A stretch of 64,000 nucleotides of DNA, taken from the NCBI GenBank assembly GCA_951804945.1, contig OX638152.1, forward strand, positions 63,922,001-63,986,000, given 5' to 3'. The translations under genes and the position numbers were made by a program. This stretch comes from Podarcis cretensis. Taxonomy: Eukaryota. The stretch's first letter is position 1. The number at the start of each line of letters is the position of its first letter. Below are positions 12,701 through 22,449 of the stretch, piece by piece. The notes beneath the pieces were generated by a model, which ran no database searches, was not told where the DNA came from, and was given only the letters and a program-made list of their open reading frames with translations.

Positions 12701-12950
12701 GCTGAGGCTCCAGTACTTTGGCCACCTCATGAGAAGAGAAGACTCCCTGGAGAAGACCCTGATGTTGGGAAAGATGGAGGGCACAAGGAGAAGGGGGCGA
12801 CAGAGGACGAGATGGTTGGATAGTGTTTTCGAGGTTACCAGCATGAGTCTGACCAAGCTGCGGGGGGCAGTGGAGGACAGGAGTGCCTGGCGTTCTCTGG
12901 TCCATGGGGTCACGAAGAGTCGGACACGACTAAACGACTAAACAACAACA
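9730..12950 (+). mobile_element. Full-length RTE/BovB LINE, copy 1
   Basis: BovB-type 5' UTR (cccttcatgaatcactgccttg...), single EN-RT ORF, 3' end ggggtcacgaagagtcggacacgactaaacgactaaa(CAA)n. 12-bp TSD AAGAGTTGTTCC at 9718-9729 and 12951-12962. Confidence 0.96.
9909..12941 (+). CDS. BovB-type APE endonuclease / reverse transcriptase polyprotein (intact)
   Basis: Uninterrupted ORF; first in-frame ATG at 9909 (the ORF track starts at TTG 9840). EN motifs GTWNV, LGISE, GDWNA, IDYI, SDH. RT motifs YRTIAL, QAGFR, FIDYAKAFD, GVRQGCILSP, YADD, FLGS. Confidence 0.95.
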   Translation: MDKDNRHIKVMTLEDEPLRSEVVQHATGEERRASTSRSRADEAAGPKPKGRSVADMPGSERKVQCCKEKYCIGTWNVRTMNMGKLEVVKNEMARINIDILGISELKWTGMGEFSSDDHHIYYCGQETRKRNGVALIVNKRVAKAVLGCNLKNDRMILIRIQGRPFNITVIQVYAPTTGAEETEIDQFYEDLQHLIEVTPKKDVLLIIGDWNAKVGSQEIKGTTGKFGLGDQNEAGQRLIEFCQENKLVITNTLFQQHKRRLYTWTSPDGQHRNQIDYILCSQRWRSSIQSAKTRPGADCGSDHQLLIAKFKLKLKKVGKTTGPVRYNLSQIPYEYTVEVRNRFKDLDLVDRVPEELWMEARNIIQEAATKTIPMKRKCKKAKWLSNEALQIAGERRQAKCKGDRETYRKLNADFQRIARRDKKTFLNKQCKEIEESNRMGRTRDLFKKIGDMKGTFRTKISIIKDKSGKDLTEAEDIKKRWQEYTEELYQKEMDVSYTPGSVVADLEPDILESEVKWALESTANNKASGSDGIPAELFKILKDDAVKVLHSICQQVWKTQQWPEDWRRSVYIPIPKKGSAKECSNYRTIALISHASKVMLKILQGRLKQYVDRELPEVQAGFRRGRGTRDQIANMRWIMEKAREFQKDIYFCFIDYAKAFDCVDHGKLWQVLKEMGVPDHLICLLRNLYVGQEATVRTGYGTTDWFKIGKGVRQGCILSPCLFNLYAEFIMRKAGLDESLAGIKIAGRNINNLRYADDTTLMAESEEELKNLLLRVKEESAKYGLKLNIKKTKIMATGPITSWQIEGEEMEAVRDFTFLGSMITADGDSSHEIKRRLLLGRRAMTGLDSILRSRDITLPTKVRIVKAMVFPVVMYGSESWTIKKADRRRIDAFELWCWRRLLRVPWTARRSNLSILKEISPECSLEGQIVKLRLQYFGHLMRREDSLEKTLMLGKMEGTRRRGRQRTRWLDSVFEVTSMSLTKLRGAVEDRSAWRSLVHGVTKSRTRLND

Positions 12951-13972
12951 AAGAGTTGTTCCACTGGTTTCCACAAATGCAACCATGTAGTTGAATCTAG
13001 CCCATAGTTTTTAATTAATTTTTAATTACACTTAGCCTTCCTTAGATTGTGCTCTTGATCTGTATTATTCATAGTATAACAATTTTATTGATAAAATCAT
13101 TTTTTATGTAAGTTGATTAGTAAAGATGCAGAAGTGCAAATGTTTCACATCAGCTGTATTTGCTAATAACACATCTGGATTGACCTATTAAAAGGACATA
13201 ATCTCAGATTAGAACCCATTTTTAAATGTTTAATGTAAAATTACATTAATTATTATTCACCATTATTTTTTGTAGCCAGAAGGGAAATTCCATCTCATTA
13301 TGGAGTAAAACAGTTAGACAGGTATGGTGTAAGAGGGGATGTTTATTTACACAAAGCTGGTTGGATAAAGGCGATAAGAACAGGAGATAAGAGTTAAGGA
13401 ATGGGATTAAGCTGAGAGTATACACTAAGAGTGAAAAGATACAAAATTTAAAAAGAAGAAATGCAAGCAAGAAATAAAGGGAAGAAAGGAGAGAAATGGT
13501 CTAGGGAAAGACATAATGACAGAGTGGGGGAGATAACATAAGGGAGTGAAGTTGTGGATGGAAGAGAAAAACACAGTGGTAACTGGTGCCCATTGGGATG
13601 GGTTAGGGCACCACAGCCAATGGTGATTTAGCAAAAGCCAATGGTAGGCAGAGTGAGATCTACTGGCAGGTGGAAAAAACCAATTCTGATTCTGTCCCCT
13701 TATTTTCAATTGCAGAGATATGAAGAACACTTAACTACTTCAATACAAATTCTCAATGTCTAACTGAATTTTAAAATAGCCTCTTACCTTGCTTCAAGAC
13801 CTTTCTGTGCCATTGCTGGCTACACTCTGCTGGGAAAACAGCCACTCCTATCCTCCATTCATACCACCCACAACAGGTTGAGAAATATTAGGTTTTGTTT
13901 GGGACATAGTGGCATGGGCATCTGTTTGTTCAGATCACACAGCACTCTCCTCCTCAAAGCATACCTTCTAAT

Positions 13973-14057
13973 AGGTAAAGGACCCCTGGATGGTTAAGTC
14001 CAGTCAAAGGCGACTATGGGGTGCAGTGCTCATCTCGCTTTTCAGGCCGAGAGAGCC
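13973..14057 (-). mobile_element. Sauria SINE 3' fragment
   Basis: ggtaaaggacccctg...ctcatctcgctt, the same tail as the full copies in this window. Confidence 0.75.
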
Positions 14058-14171
14058 CACATTTTATATTCTGAACAATACTGATATACAAATGTAAGTT
14101 TCAGTAGTTTTTCTTATAGTATACTACAACATCCAGAACTAGGTTTCTACTGATACCACAAATTTCAAATA

Positions 14172-14481
14172 CAGTTGTACCTCGGTTTACAAACTTAATC
14201 CGTTCTGGAAGTCCGTTCCTAAACCAAAACTGTTCTTAAACTGAGGCACGTTCTGGTACTTCCGGGTTTAGTGCAGTGCACATCCTGAAATCGCACAACC
14301 CAAAGCATCTGTAACCCAAGGTATGACTGTATATTGATTGGTGTTCACCCCTCTTCCACCGTTCAGATTCCGTTCTCAGACCAAGGTAAAGTTCTCAAAC
14401 CAAGACACCATTTCCCGTTTTGCCGAGTTCGTAAACCAAATCGTTCTTTAACTGAACTGTTCTTAAACCGAGGTACCACTG
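14172..14481. mobile_element. Tc1/mariner (Tigger-like) MITE, possibly composite
   Basis: TA|CAGTTGTACCTCGG...CCGAGGTACCACTG|TA, plus an internal TIR-like end near 14313-14331. Confidence 0.8.
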
Positions 14482-15608
14482 TAGAACTAGAAATGTAGAA
14501 AACTGTACAGTGATGAAACAAATCAGATTTCCTATTTAATATTAGAAGATAAGTACAAATTTTCTTTACTTAATAACGTCTAATGTACCATCTTCTTTTG
14601 ATGTGCAGCTAATAGGAGGGTGTCGAGATATAAGCTACCAGAACTGTTAAAAAAAAATCAGTAACAAATGAAAAGTCAAAAGAAAGTACAGCTCTTTAGG
14701 GAAACTAAAAAATGAGCTGAAAATACATTGAACATATGTTATATGCCAGAAGATGCTACTTATCTATCCAGTGTTGATGTTTCTATGGAACACTTCTAAT
14801 CATTGATAAAAATGTGACATGGGCATATGGAAGGCCGATGGAGATCTGAATCAAAGTTTAAAATGGGCATCTCCTCCCCAAAAAAACTTTGTCCACAGAC
14901 AGCTTTCTGGGTCATGTGGCCAGCATGACTAAACTGCTTCTGCAGACCTTTACCTGTGTACCTTATACTGGGGGTGGGGGGGAGAGAACAGATTGGCGTC
15001 TCAAATTCCAGCAGTTTCCTTTGCGATGCCAAAATTCAGTGCCCCTCCACCTCTCGCACTCCATTCTAAATCATAGTTGCTGTGTCTGTGGTGGCTCTGG
15101 CCTTTCTGGCTCTGTCACAACCCCTCACTGGTTCAGGTAACTTATTGCAAACATTGTTGTTCTGCTTTCAACAAAGCTAACCCACACCAACCAACCCAGC
15201 AGAGACACCGCCATGCTAGCTATCATGTGCTCTGATTGTCAGGGGTGAAGGGGAAAGAGTTGTATGCAGACGCTGCTGTTCACAGTTTGCATGTGGGGAG
15301 GAAGGCTAACAACAATTTTGCATATATTCAATAACTAAGAAAGGCTTTGGAATTTAAAATGGGGGTTTTGAGTTTTGGGTTTCCCTGTGCAATTCTTTTT
15401 TTTTAATGCTGAAAATTATTTATTTAAAAAGTTACACCATGCTCTTCTTTAATAGAAACCAGATGGAAACAACTAATCATACCTACCACAAAACAATAGT
15501 AAACCAGTTTATTTTTAACAGCAGCATAATAAAACAGCTGTTTTAATCCAGAAAGCAACATTCAATATATGCAAACTGGGGAAGAAATACCCCAAATGAA
15601 ACAGGAGG

Positions 15609-15610
<2 letters not shown>

Positions 15611-15644
<34 letters not shown>
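15611..15644. repeat. (GT)n microsatellite
   Basis: GT run. Confidence 0.97.
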
Positions 15645-15647
<3 letters not shown>

Positions 15648-17368
15648 GCATATGAAAAGTATTCAGATTGGGGCTTGGTCAACTTCCGGGGGTGGGGGTG
15701 GTGGCATTCCACAGCATTTCAACAACATAAAAAGTCCTATGCCTTGTTGTTGATTCTCATTAATTTGAGGCATTATATATCTACAAATTTAATGGAAGTA
15801 GTAATGATGTATATAGATTGTAGCAACAGAACAGTGTGACCTGAGCACAGCCTGAAATGAAAATAAAATGGACACAGTCATGAAAGTGCTGAATCTCTTT
15901 TCTTAGCAGTTTCAGGTATTTCTTATAGTTTCATTGGTGACCAACTGGCAGATAAGCATTGATTCAAACAGGTAGTGCAGGATGTAATCAGGCTAGGCCT
16001 GGTGCGCACATGGTGCTTCCCTACAGGAGTGTTTTCAGGTCCATGTTATCATATCACAAGATTATCATTTGAATCAAGCCTACACTGTGAATACTCTGTA
16101 AATATGAGAAACACTTGTTGAAACTTTCTGCTTCAATAAAGTTTACTTGAATGCACTCCCATGCATGTTCAAATGACCCACTGTATTGAATAAGGCTTAC
16201 TCCCCGGTATGTACACGTAGGACTGTAGCCTTAGAGAGGTGCAGAATCATCTTCACAAACGTTGACAATCCTTCAAAAAATATTCTTTATTTCCTACAAA
16301 ACTTCCACAGCTACCTCTTCTAAATAAATTTTCATATTTTGCTCAAGGTAAAAACTTCTGGCAACTCTTGTATTAGGTTCTATGAACTTTATCCAGTTTG
16401 TGGAAGGTATTCTTTTCAACCTTGGATTGGCAGCTGGGTGGTCACCATTACTCATGATTTCCACTGTAATGCCATCCCTAACAAAATTTGCTAGCATTGT
16501 TGGCATTCCTGTACAGTGGTACCTTGGGTTAAGTTCTTAATTTGTTCTGGAGGTCTGCTCTTAACCTGAGACTGTTCTTAACCTGAAGCACCACTTTAGC
16601 TAATGGGGCCTCCTGCTGCCACAGCGCCGCCGGAGCATGATTTCTGTTCTTATCCTGAATCAAAGTTCTTAACGTGAAGCACTATTTCTTCTTTTTAAAA
16701 AAATAATTTTTATTAACAAGCCAATCAAATCACATTAATTCCAAATCACATTAGTTCCAAATTATACAGCCAAAATTTTAAAATTTTGTTGGGGGTACCC
16801 ATAGTTCGAGCTCCGAAAGGGATCCAAACATCACTCTTGCTACTGCTTTAATTACACAGTTCTGTCCAGTTCTGTCCAGATAGTCTCTTTGTTATTTTCC
16901 TCATCTTCTTGTTGTTATCATATATTCCTTTCTTTGTGATCTCTGATAATCTTCACAAGCGGGTTGAAAATAAACATATCCTGTGTGGATTTTACACTCT
17001 CCAAGAGCCATATCACATAAAGGACAGACGCCATTTCCACACCTCCGTAAAGAACATTCCCACAGTCTGTCCGTTGATTTCCACAGGCTTGCCAATCTGT
17101 ATCTCAGGGGGCCCTGCCAGGTCAAATTCACATTCCAATAACCTTGCATTCACATTCCAATGACCATGGTCCTCCTCCCCCTCATCCTCCTGTGGGCAGG
17201 CCTGTCTTAACGAATCTCCATTTTGTAACTGCGTCACAAAGCTTTCTTTACATTCCCGATGATTCCCACCAGTCCTCTCTTTGATCAGTAATTCATTTCC
17301 ACACAGTTCTTAATCTCCTGCTTGTGATTAGTAATTTGCAATGATTCTTTCTCTCTCTCCTTAGGATT

Positions 17369-20300
17369 GTTGTTGTTGTTGTTTAGTCGTTTAGTCGTGT
17401 CCGACTCTTCGTGACCCCATGGACCAGAGAACGCCAGGCACTCCTGTCCTCCACTGCCCCCCGCAGCTTGGTCAGACTCATGCTGGTAACCTCGAAAACA
17501 CTATCCAACCATCTCGTCCTCTGTCGCCCCCTTCTCCTTGTGCCCTCCATCTTTCCCAACATCAGGGTCTTCTCCAGGGAGTCTTCTCTTCTCATGAGGT
17601 GGCCAAAGTACTGGAGCCTCAGCTTCACAATCTGTCCTTCCAGTGAGCACTCAGGGCTGATTTCCTTCAGAATGGAGAGGTTTGATCTTCTTGCAGTCCA
17701 TGGGACTCTCAAGAGTCTCCTCCAGCACCATAATTCAAAAGCATCAATTCTTCGGCGATCAGCCTTCTTTATGGTCCAGCTCTCACTTCCATACATCACT
17801 ACTGGGAAAACCATAGCTTTAACTATACGGACCTTTGTTGGCAAGGTGATGTCTCTACTTCTCAAGATGCTGTCTAGGCCTGTCATTGCCCTTCTCCCAA
17901 GAAGCAGGCGTCTTTTAATTTCATGGCTGCTGTCACCATCTGCAGTGATCATGGAGCCCAAGAAAGTAAAATCTCTCACTGCCTCCATTTCTTCCCCTTC
18001 TATTTGCCAGGAGGTGATGGGACCAGTAGCCATGATCTTCGTTTTTTTGATGTTGAGCTTCAGACCATATTTTGCACTCTCCTCTTTCACCCTCAATAAA
18101 AGGTTCTTTAATTCCTCCTCACTTTCTGCCATCAAGGTTGTGTCATCTGCATATCTGAGGTTGTTGATATTTCTTCCGGCAATCTTAATTCCGGCTAGGG
18201 ATTCATCCAGCCCAGCCTTTCGCATGATGAATTCTGCATATAAGTTAAATAAGCAGGGAGACAAAATGCAGCCTTGTCGTACTCCTTTCCCAATTTTGAA
18301 CCAGTCAGTTGTTCCATATCCAGTTCTAACTGTAGCTTCTTGTCCCACATACAGATTTCTCAGGAGACAGATGAGGTGATCAGGCACTCCCATTTCTTTA
18401 AGAACTTGCCATAGTTTGCCATGGTCGACACAGTCAAAGGCTTTTGCATAGTCAATGAAGCAGAAGTAAATGTCTTTCTGGAACTCTCTAGCTTTCTCCA
18501 TAATCCAGCGCATGTTTGCAATTTGGTCTCTGGTTCCTCTGCCTCTTCTAAATCCAGCTTGCACTTCTGGGAGTTCTCGGTCCACATACTGCTTGAGCCT
18601 TCCTTGTAGAATTTTAAGCATAACCTTGCTAGCGTGAGAAATTAGTGCAATTGTGCGATAGTTGGAGCATTCTTTGGCACTGCCCTTCTTTGGGATTGGG
18701 ATGTAGACTGATCTTCTCCAATCTTCTGGCCACTGCTGAGTTTTCCAAACTTGCTGGCATATTGAGTGTAGCACCTTAACAGCATCATCTTTTAAAATTT
18801 TAAATAGTTCAGCTGGAATACCATCACTTCCACTGGCCTTGTTATTTGCAGTGCTTTCTAAGGCCCATTTGACTTCACTCTCCAGGATGTCTGGCTCAAG
18901 GTCAGCAACCACACTACCTGGGGTATATGAGACATCCGTTTCTTTCTGGTATAATTCCTCTGTGTATTCTTGCCACCTCTTCTTGATGTCTTCTGCTTCT
19001 GTTAGGTCCTTTCCACTTTTGTCCTTTATTATGGAAATCTTTGTACGAAATGTTCCTTTCATATCTCCAATTTTCTTGAACAGATCTCTGGTTCTTCCCA
19101 TTCTATTGCTTTCCTCTATTTCTTTGCATTGCTTGTTTAAGAAGGTCTTCTTGTCTCTCCTTGCTATTCTTTGGAAATCTGCATTCAATTTCCTGTATGT
19201 TTCACGATCTCCCTTGCATTTTGCTTGCCTTCTCTCCCCCGCTATTTGTAAGGCCTCATTGGACAGCCACTTTGCTTTCTTGCATTTCCTTTTCATTGGG
19301 ATGGTTTTCGTTGCTGCCTCCTGTATAATGTTACGAGCCTCCATCCATAGTTCTTCAGGCACTCTGTCCACCAAATCTAAATCCTTAAACCTGTTCCTCA
19401 CTTCCACTGTGTATTCATAAGGGATTTGACTTAGATTGTATCTTACCGGCCCAGGGGTTTTTCCTACTTTCTTCAGTTTAAGCTTGAATTTTGCTATAAG
19501 AAGCTGATGATCTGAGCCACAGTCAGCTCCAGGTCTTGTTTTTGCTGACTGTATAGAGCTTCTCCATCTTTGGCTGCAGAGAATATAATCAATCTGATTT
19601 CGATGCTGCCCATCTGGTGATGTCCATGTGTAGAGTCGTCTCTTGTGTTGTTGGAAAAGCGTGTTTGTGATGACCAGCTTGTTCTCTTGACAGAACTCTA
19701 TTAGCCTTTGCCCTGCTTCGTTTTGATCTCCAAGGCCAAACTTGCCAGTTGTTCCTTTTATCTCTTGACTCCCTACTTTAGCATTCCAATCCCCTATAAT
19801 GAGAAGAACATCCTTCTTTGGTGTCACTTCTATAAGGTGTTGTAAGTCTTCATAGAATTGGTCAATTTCAGTTTCTTCAGCACCAGTAGTTGGTGCATAA
19901 ACTTGGATTACTGTGATGTTAAAAGGTCTGCCTTGGATTCGTATCGAGATCATTCTATCATTTTTGAGATTGCATCCCAGTACAGCTTTTGCCACTCTTT
20001 TGTTGACTATGAGGGCCACTCCATTTCTTTTACGGGTTTCTTGCCCACAGTAGTAGATATGATGGTCATCCGAACTGAATTCACCCATTCCCGTCCATTT
20101 TAGTTCACTGATGCCCAGGATGTCAATATTTATTCTTGCCATCTCATTTTTGACCACCTCCAACTTACCCAGGTTCATGGTTCTTACATTCCAGGTTCCT
20201 ATGCAATATTTTTCTTTACAGCATTGGACTTTCCTTTCGCTTCCAGGCATATCCGCAACTGAGCGTCCTTTCGGCTTTGGCCCAGCCGCTTCATCAGCTC

Positions 20301-20594
20301 TGGATCTACTTGTACTTGCCCTCCGCTCTTCCCCAGTAGCATGTTGGACGCCTTCCGACCTGAGGGGCTCATCTTCCAGCGTCATAACTTTTATATGCCT
20401 GTTGTCTTTGTCCATGGAGTTTTCTTGGCAGGGATACTGGAGTGGCTTGCCGATTCCTCCTCCAGGTGGATCACGTTTGGTCAAAACTCTCCACTATGAC
20501 CTGTTCATCTTTGGTGCCCTGCTCGGCATAGTTCATAGCTTCTCTGAGTTCTTCAAGCCCCTTCGCCACGGCAAGGCAGTGATCCATGAAGGGG
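17369..20594 (-). mobile_element. Full-length RTE/BovB LINE, copy 2
   Basis: Reverse-complement near-identical to copy 1, with the same 5' start and a (CAA)n tail. 12-bp TSD CTCCTTAGGATT at 17357-17368 and 20595-20606. Confidence 0.96.
17383..20415 (-). CDS. BovB-type APE endonuclease / reverse transcriptase polyprotein (intact)
   Basis: Uninterrupted ORF (track 17383..20484; first ATG 20415). All EN and RT motifs present. Six amino-acid differences from copy 1 over the track ORF. Confidence 0.95.
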   Translation of the reverse strand: MDKDNRHIKVMTLEDEPLRSEGVQHATGEERRASTSRSRADEAAGPKPKGRSVADMPGSERKVQCCKEKYCIGTWNVRTMNLGKLEVVKNEMARINIDILGISELKWTGMGEFSSDDHHIYYCGQETRKRNGVALIVNKRVAKAVLGCNLKNDRMISIRIQGRPFNITVIQVYAPTTGAEETEIDQFYEDLQHLIEVTPKKDVLLIIGDWNAKVGSQEIKGTTGKFGLGDQNEAGQRLIEFCQENKLVITNTLFQQHKRRLYTWTSPDGQHRNQIDYILCSQRWRSSIQSAKTRPGADCGSDHQLLIAKFKLKLKKVGKTPGPVRYNLSQIPYEYTVEVRNRFKDLDLVDRVPEELWMEARNIIQEAATKTIPMKRKCKKAKWLSNEALQIAGERRQAKCKGDRETYRKLNADFQRIARRDKKTFLNKQCKEIEESNRMGRTRDLFKKIGDMKGTFRTKISIIKDKSGKDLTEAEDIKKRWQEYTEELYQKETDVSYTPGSVVADLEPDILESEVKWALESTANNKASGSDGIPAELFKILKDDAVKVLHSICQQVWKTQQWPEDWRRSVYIPIPKKGSAKECSNYRTIALISHASKVMLKILQGRLKQYVDRELPEVQAGFRRGRGTRDQIANMRWIMEKAREFQKDIYFCFIDYAKAFDCVDHGKLWQVLKEMGVPDHLICLLRNLYVGQEATVRTGYGTTDWFKIGKGVRQGCILSPCLFNLYAEFIMRKAGLDESLAGIKIAGRNINNLRYADDTTLMAESEEELKNLLLRVKEESAKYGLKLNIKKTKIMATGPITSWQIEGEEMEAVRDFTFLGSMITADGDSSHEIKRRLLLGRRAMTGLDSILRSRDITLPTKVRIVKAMVFPVVMYGSESWTIKKADRRRIDAFELWCWRRLLRVPWTARRSNLSILKEISPECSLEGQIVKLRLQYFGHLMRREDSLEKTLMLGKMEGTRRRGRQRTRWLDSVFEVTSMSLTKLRGAVEDRSAWRSLVHGVTKSRTRLND

Positions 20595-22207
20595 CTCCTT
20601 AGGATTACTGGGTACCAAAAAAAGAAAAGTTTTTTCCTCCCCCCCTTTCCGTTTTGCTCCGACATACCGATCTTTTAATGATGAGTCTTCACTTAATTTA
20701 TTGTCCAGCCGGTCGCTCCGCATCACAGAGATCCCATTAATCAGCAGTCTTTACTCCCGATCTTCACTTGAAGTATGTGCATTTGCTTCTTTTTCCAATT
20801 ATATATTTCGAGCTGATGCAAACCAGTGCACGATTAGAGACAGCGTCCGGGAGAGCCGACCCCACCTGAGGGCTTCGTGCCTAGTGCCCACACCCCCTTC
20901 TTTCGAATCCGGGGGTGAATTATGGGCACAGCAGGCAAGGCAGTACCCCCCATTCCCTTGGGGGGCAAGGGAGGCTGCATACTCCCATATCAGCCTCTTA
21001 ATTACCTCGTGTGGCTCGGAGAGATGTTATTGTCGGCCATCTTCCAATGCGCGCCCTGGTGGCCCCCAGCACTATTTCTGGCTTAGTGGAGTGTGTAACC
21101 TAAACCGTATGTAACCTGAAGCGTATGTAACCCGAGGTACCACTGTACGTTTTTCTCAGATGCACATTTCTTTCAGGATGGTGCAGCAGCTAAGTCAAGT
21201 TTTAGTTTAGTGTGCCATCCAAACCCAAGTTTTCATAACCATAATAGTTCATCTCTCTCCTCTTTACCCATAACCCGCAAGCAAGCGTAACACTAAGCCA
21301 TAGTTTAGCTTAGCATTATATGTGAATTCAGTTATTCTTGTGGGGTTGGGGTGGGATATCATTATTTATTTTGTATGTTTCCACCTTATTGAAATAAACT
21401 TTCAGTCTTTTCCATAGTCTTTGATGAGACTTAATCAATACAATTTATTAGTCCAAACATCTAACAGCTGCCTACTTATTTGTTGGTAGTTTCATTTTTT
21501 AAAAAAATAATAAATAAATTATAAATTACTGGCAATTGGAGCTATAAGAGCAACTTAGCTGTACAGCAATCTGCTGTGGCCGGTGGAGTTACGTTAGTTT
21601 ACCTAGAAATATTGAGATATATCTAGAAGCTGCACTATTTGAACTGCTATAACATTTCCTACCAAAGGATGCTAGACTGCATGCAGCATGTGTGCATTTC
21701 TCTGTCATTTATTTCCTTAAAAGCAAAGGTCAGCACATAGAAAATTTACAACATAAAGGGTCCAATTACTGGTACAAGACACCTACCACATCAGCAGAAG
21801 TGTCAAGCATCATATACTTCTATAAGCTGATTAATCCAATGCAGTGCAGCAATAGGCAGTACTTAGCTCTTGCAGATTTCCCCCAGCAGCTACTGCAAAC
21901 ATTGCACTTACAGAAGTCATATATTTATCTGAAACATCCAGCATAAAACAAATCTTCTCAGACAGCAACAAATTTGAACCTCTTCTTACATTATTTCCTA
22001 TGGAACCCTGTATGATGGCAGTACTATGCTGAATCCTTTGCCTCCGCACCCGAAAGAAGACTCAGGACAACTTATAATTATCTGCAGGGAGAATCAATTG
22101 TTACTAAAGAGAGAAGCATTGCCCTCACACACATGGGCTTGTAAGGCGGCTTAGCCAAGGACTGGAAGAAAATTCTCCCTCCTAGCTAAATGAGGATTGG
22201 GTAAAAT

Positions 22208-22449
22208 CAGGGGTTGGCAAGGTTTACCTTGCCTGGGCCGGTTCACTCCTGTGAAGAACGCTCCATGGGCCGGGTCGCGTCTGCACAGATGCAATTTTTG
22301 GCATCTGTACATGTGTAGATGTGATTTCCGGTGCCACGGAAGCGAGTCCCCACTCCCGCTGTGCTGGTTTGCTGAGCTGGTGGCTCAGTTTTGGGGCGGC
22401 TCGGGGGCCATTTAAACAACCCCCGTGGGCCGCAGGTTGCCGACCCCTG
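22208..22449. mobile_element. hAT-Charlie-type MITE
   Basis: TIRs CAGGGGTTGGCAA / TTGCCGACCCCTG. Flanks GGGTAAAAT / GGGTAAAT (8-bp TSD with one indel). Confidence 0.85.

Larger units (their letters stand above)
16690..21067 (-). mobile_element. ~1.14-kb non-autonomous L1-like retroelement, interrupted by BovB copy 2
   Basis: 12-bp TSD AGCACTATTTCT (16678-16689; 21068-21079). Minus-strand 5' end GGGGGCC...GAAGATGGCCGA (L1-type start with YY1 motif). 3' end AATAAA plus A/T-rich tail. No intact ORF. Confidence 0.7.
16514..21145. mobile_element. Tigger-like MITE split by nested insertions (own sequence 16514-16689 and 21080-21145)
   Basis: TA|CAGTGGTACCTTGGGTT...AACCCGAGGTACCACTG|TA. The two halves rejoin at the duplicated AGCACTATTTCT. 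Confidence 0.85.

Noticed and set aside
11972-12913. 313-aa antisense ORF (and its 322-aa counterpart at 17411-18379; also the 193-aa and ~165-aa antisense ORFs)
   Set aside because: They lie antisense to the BovB ORF and are shared only because the copies are near-identical. The stop position of the longest differs through a sense-strand silent change, and there is no recognisable domain.
9730-20594. Possibility that the inverted BovB pair is an assembly artefact or the arms of one composite transposon
   Set aside because: Each copy has its own distinct TSD and substitutions, copy 2 sits cleanly inside a different host element, and no TSD brackets the pair.
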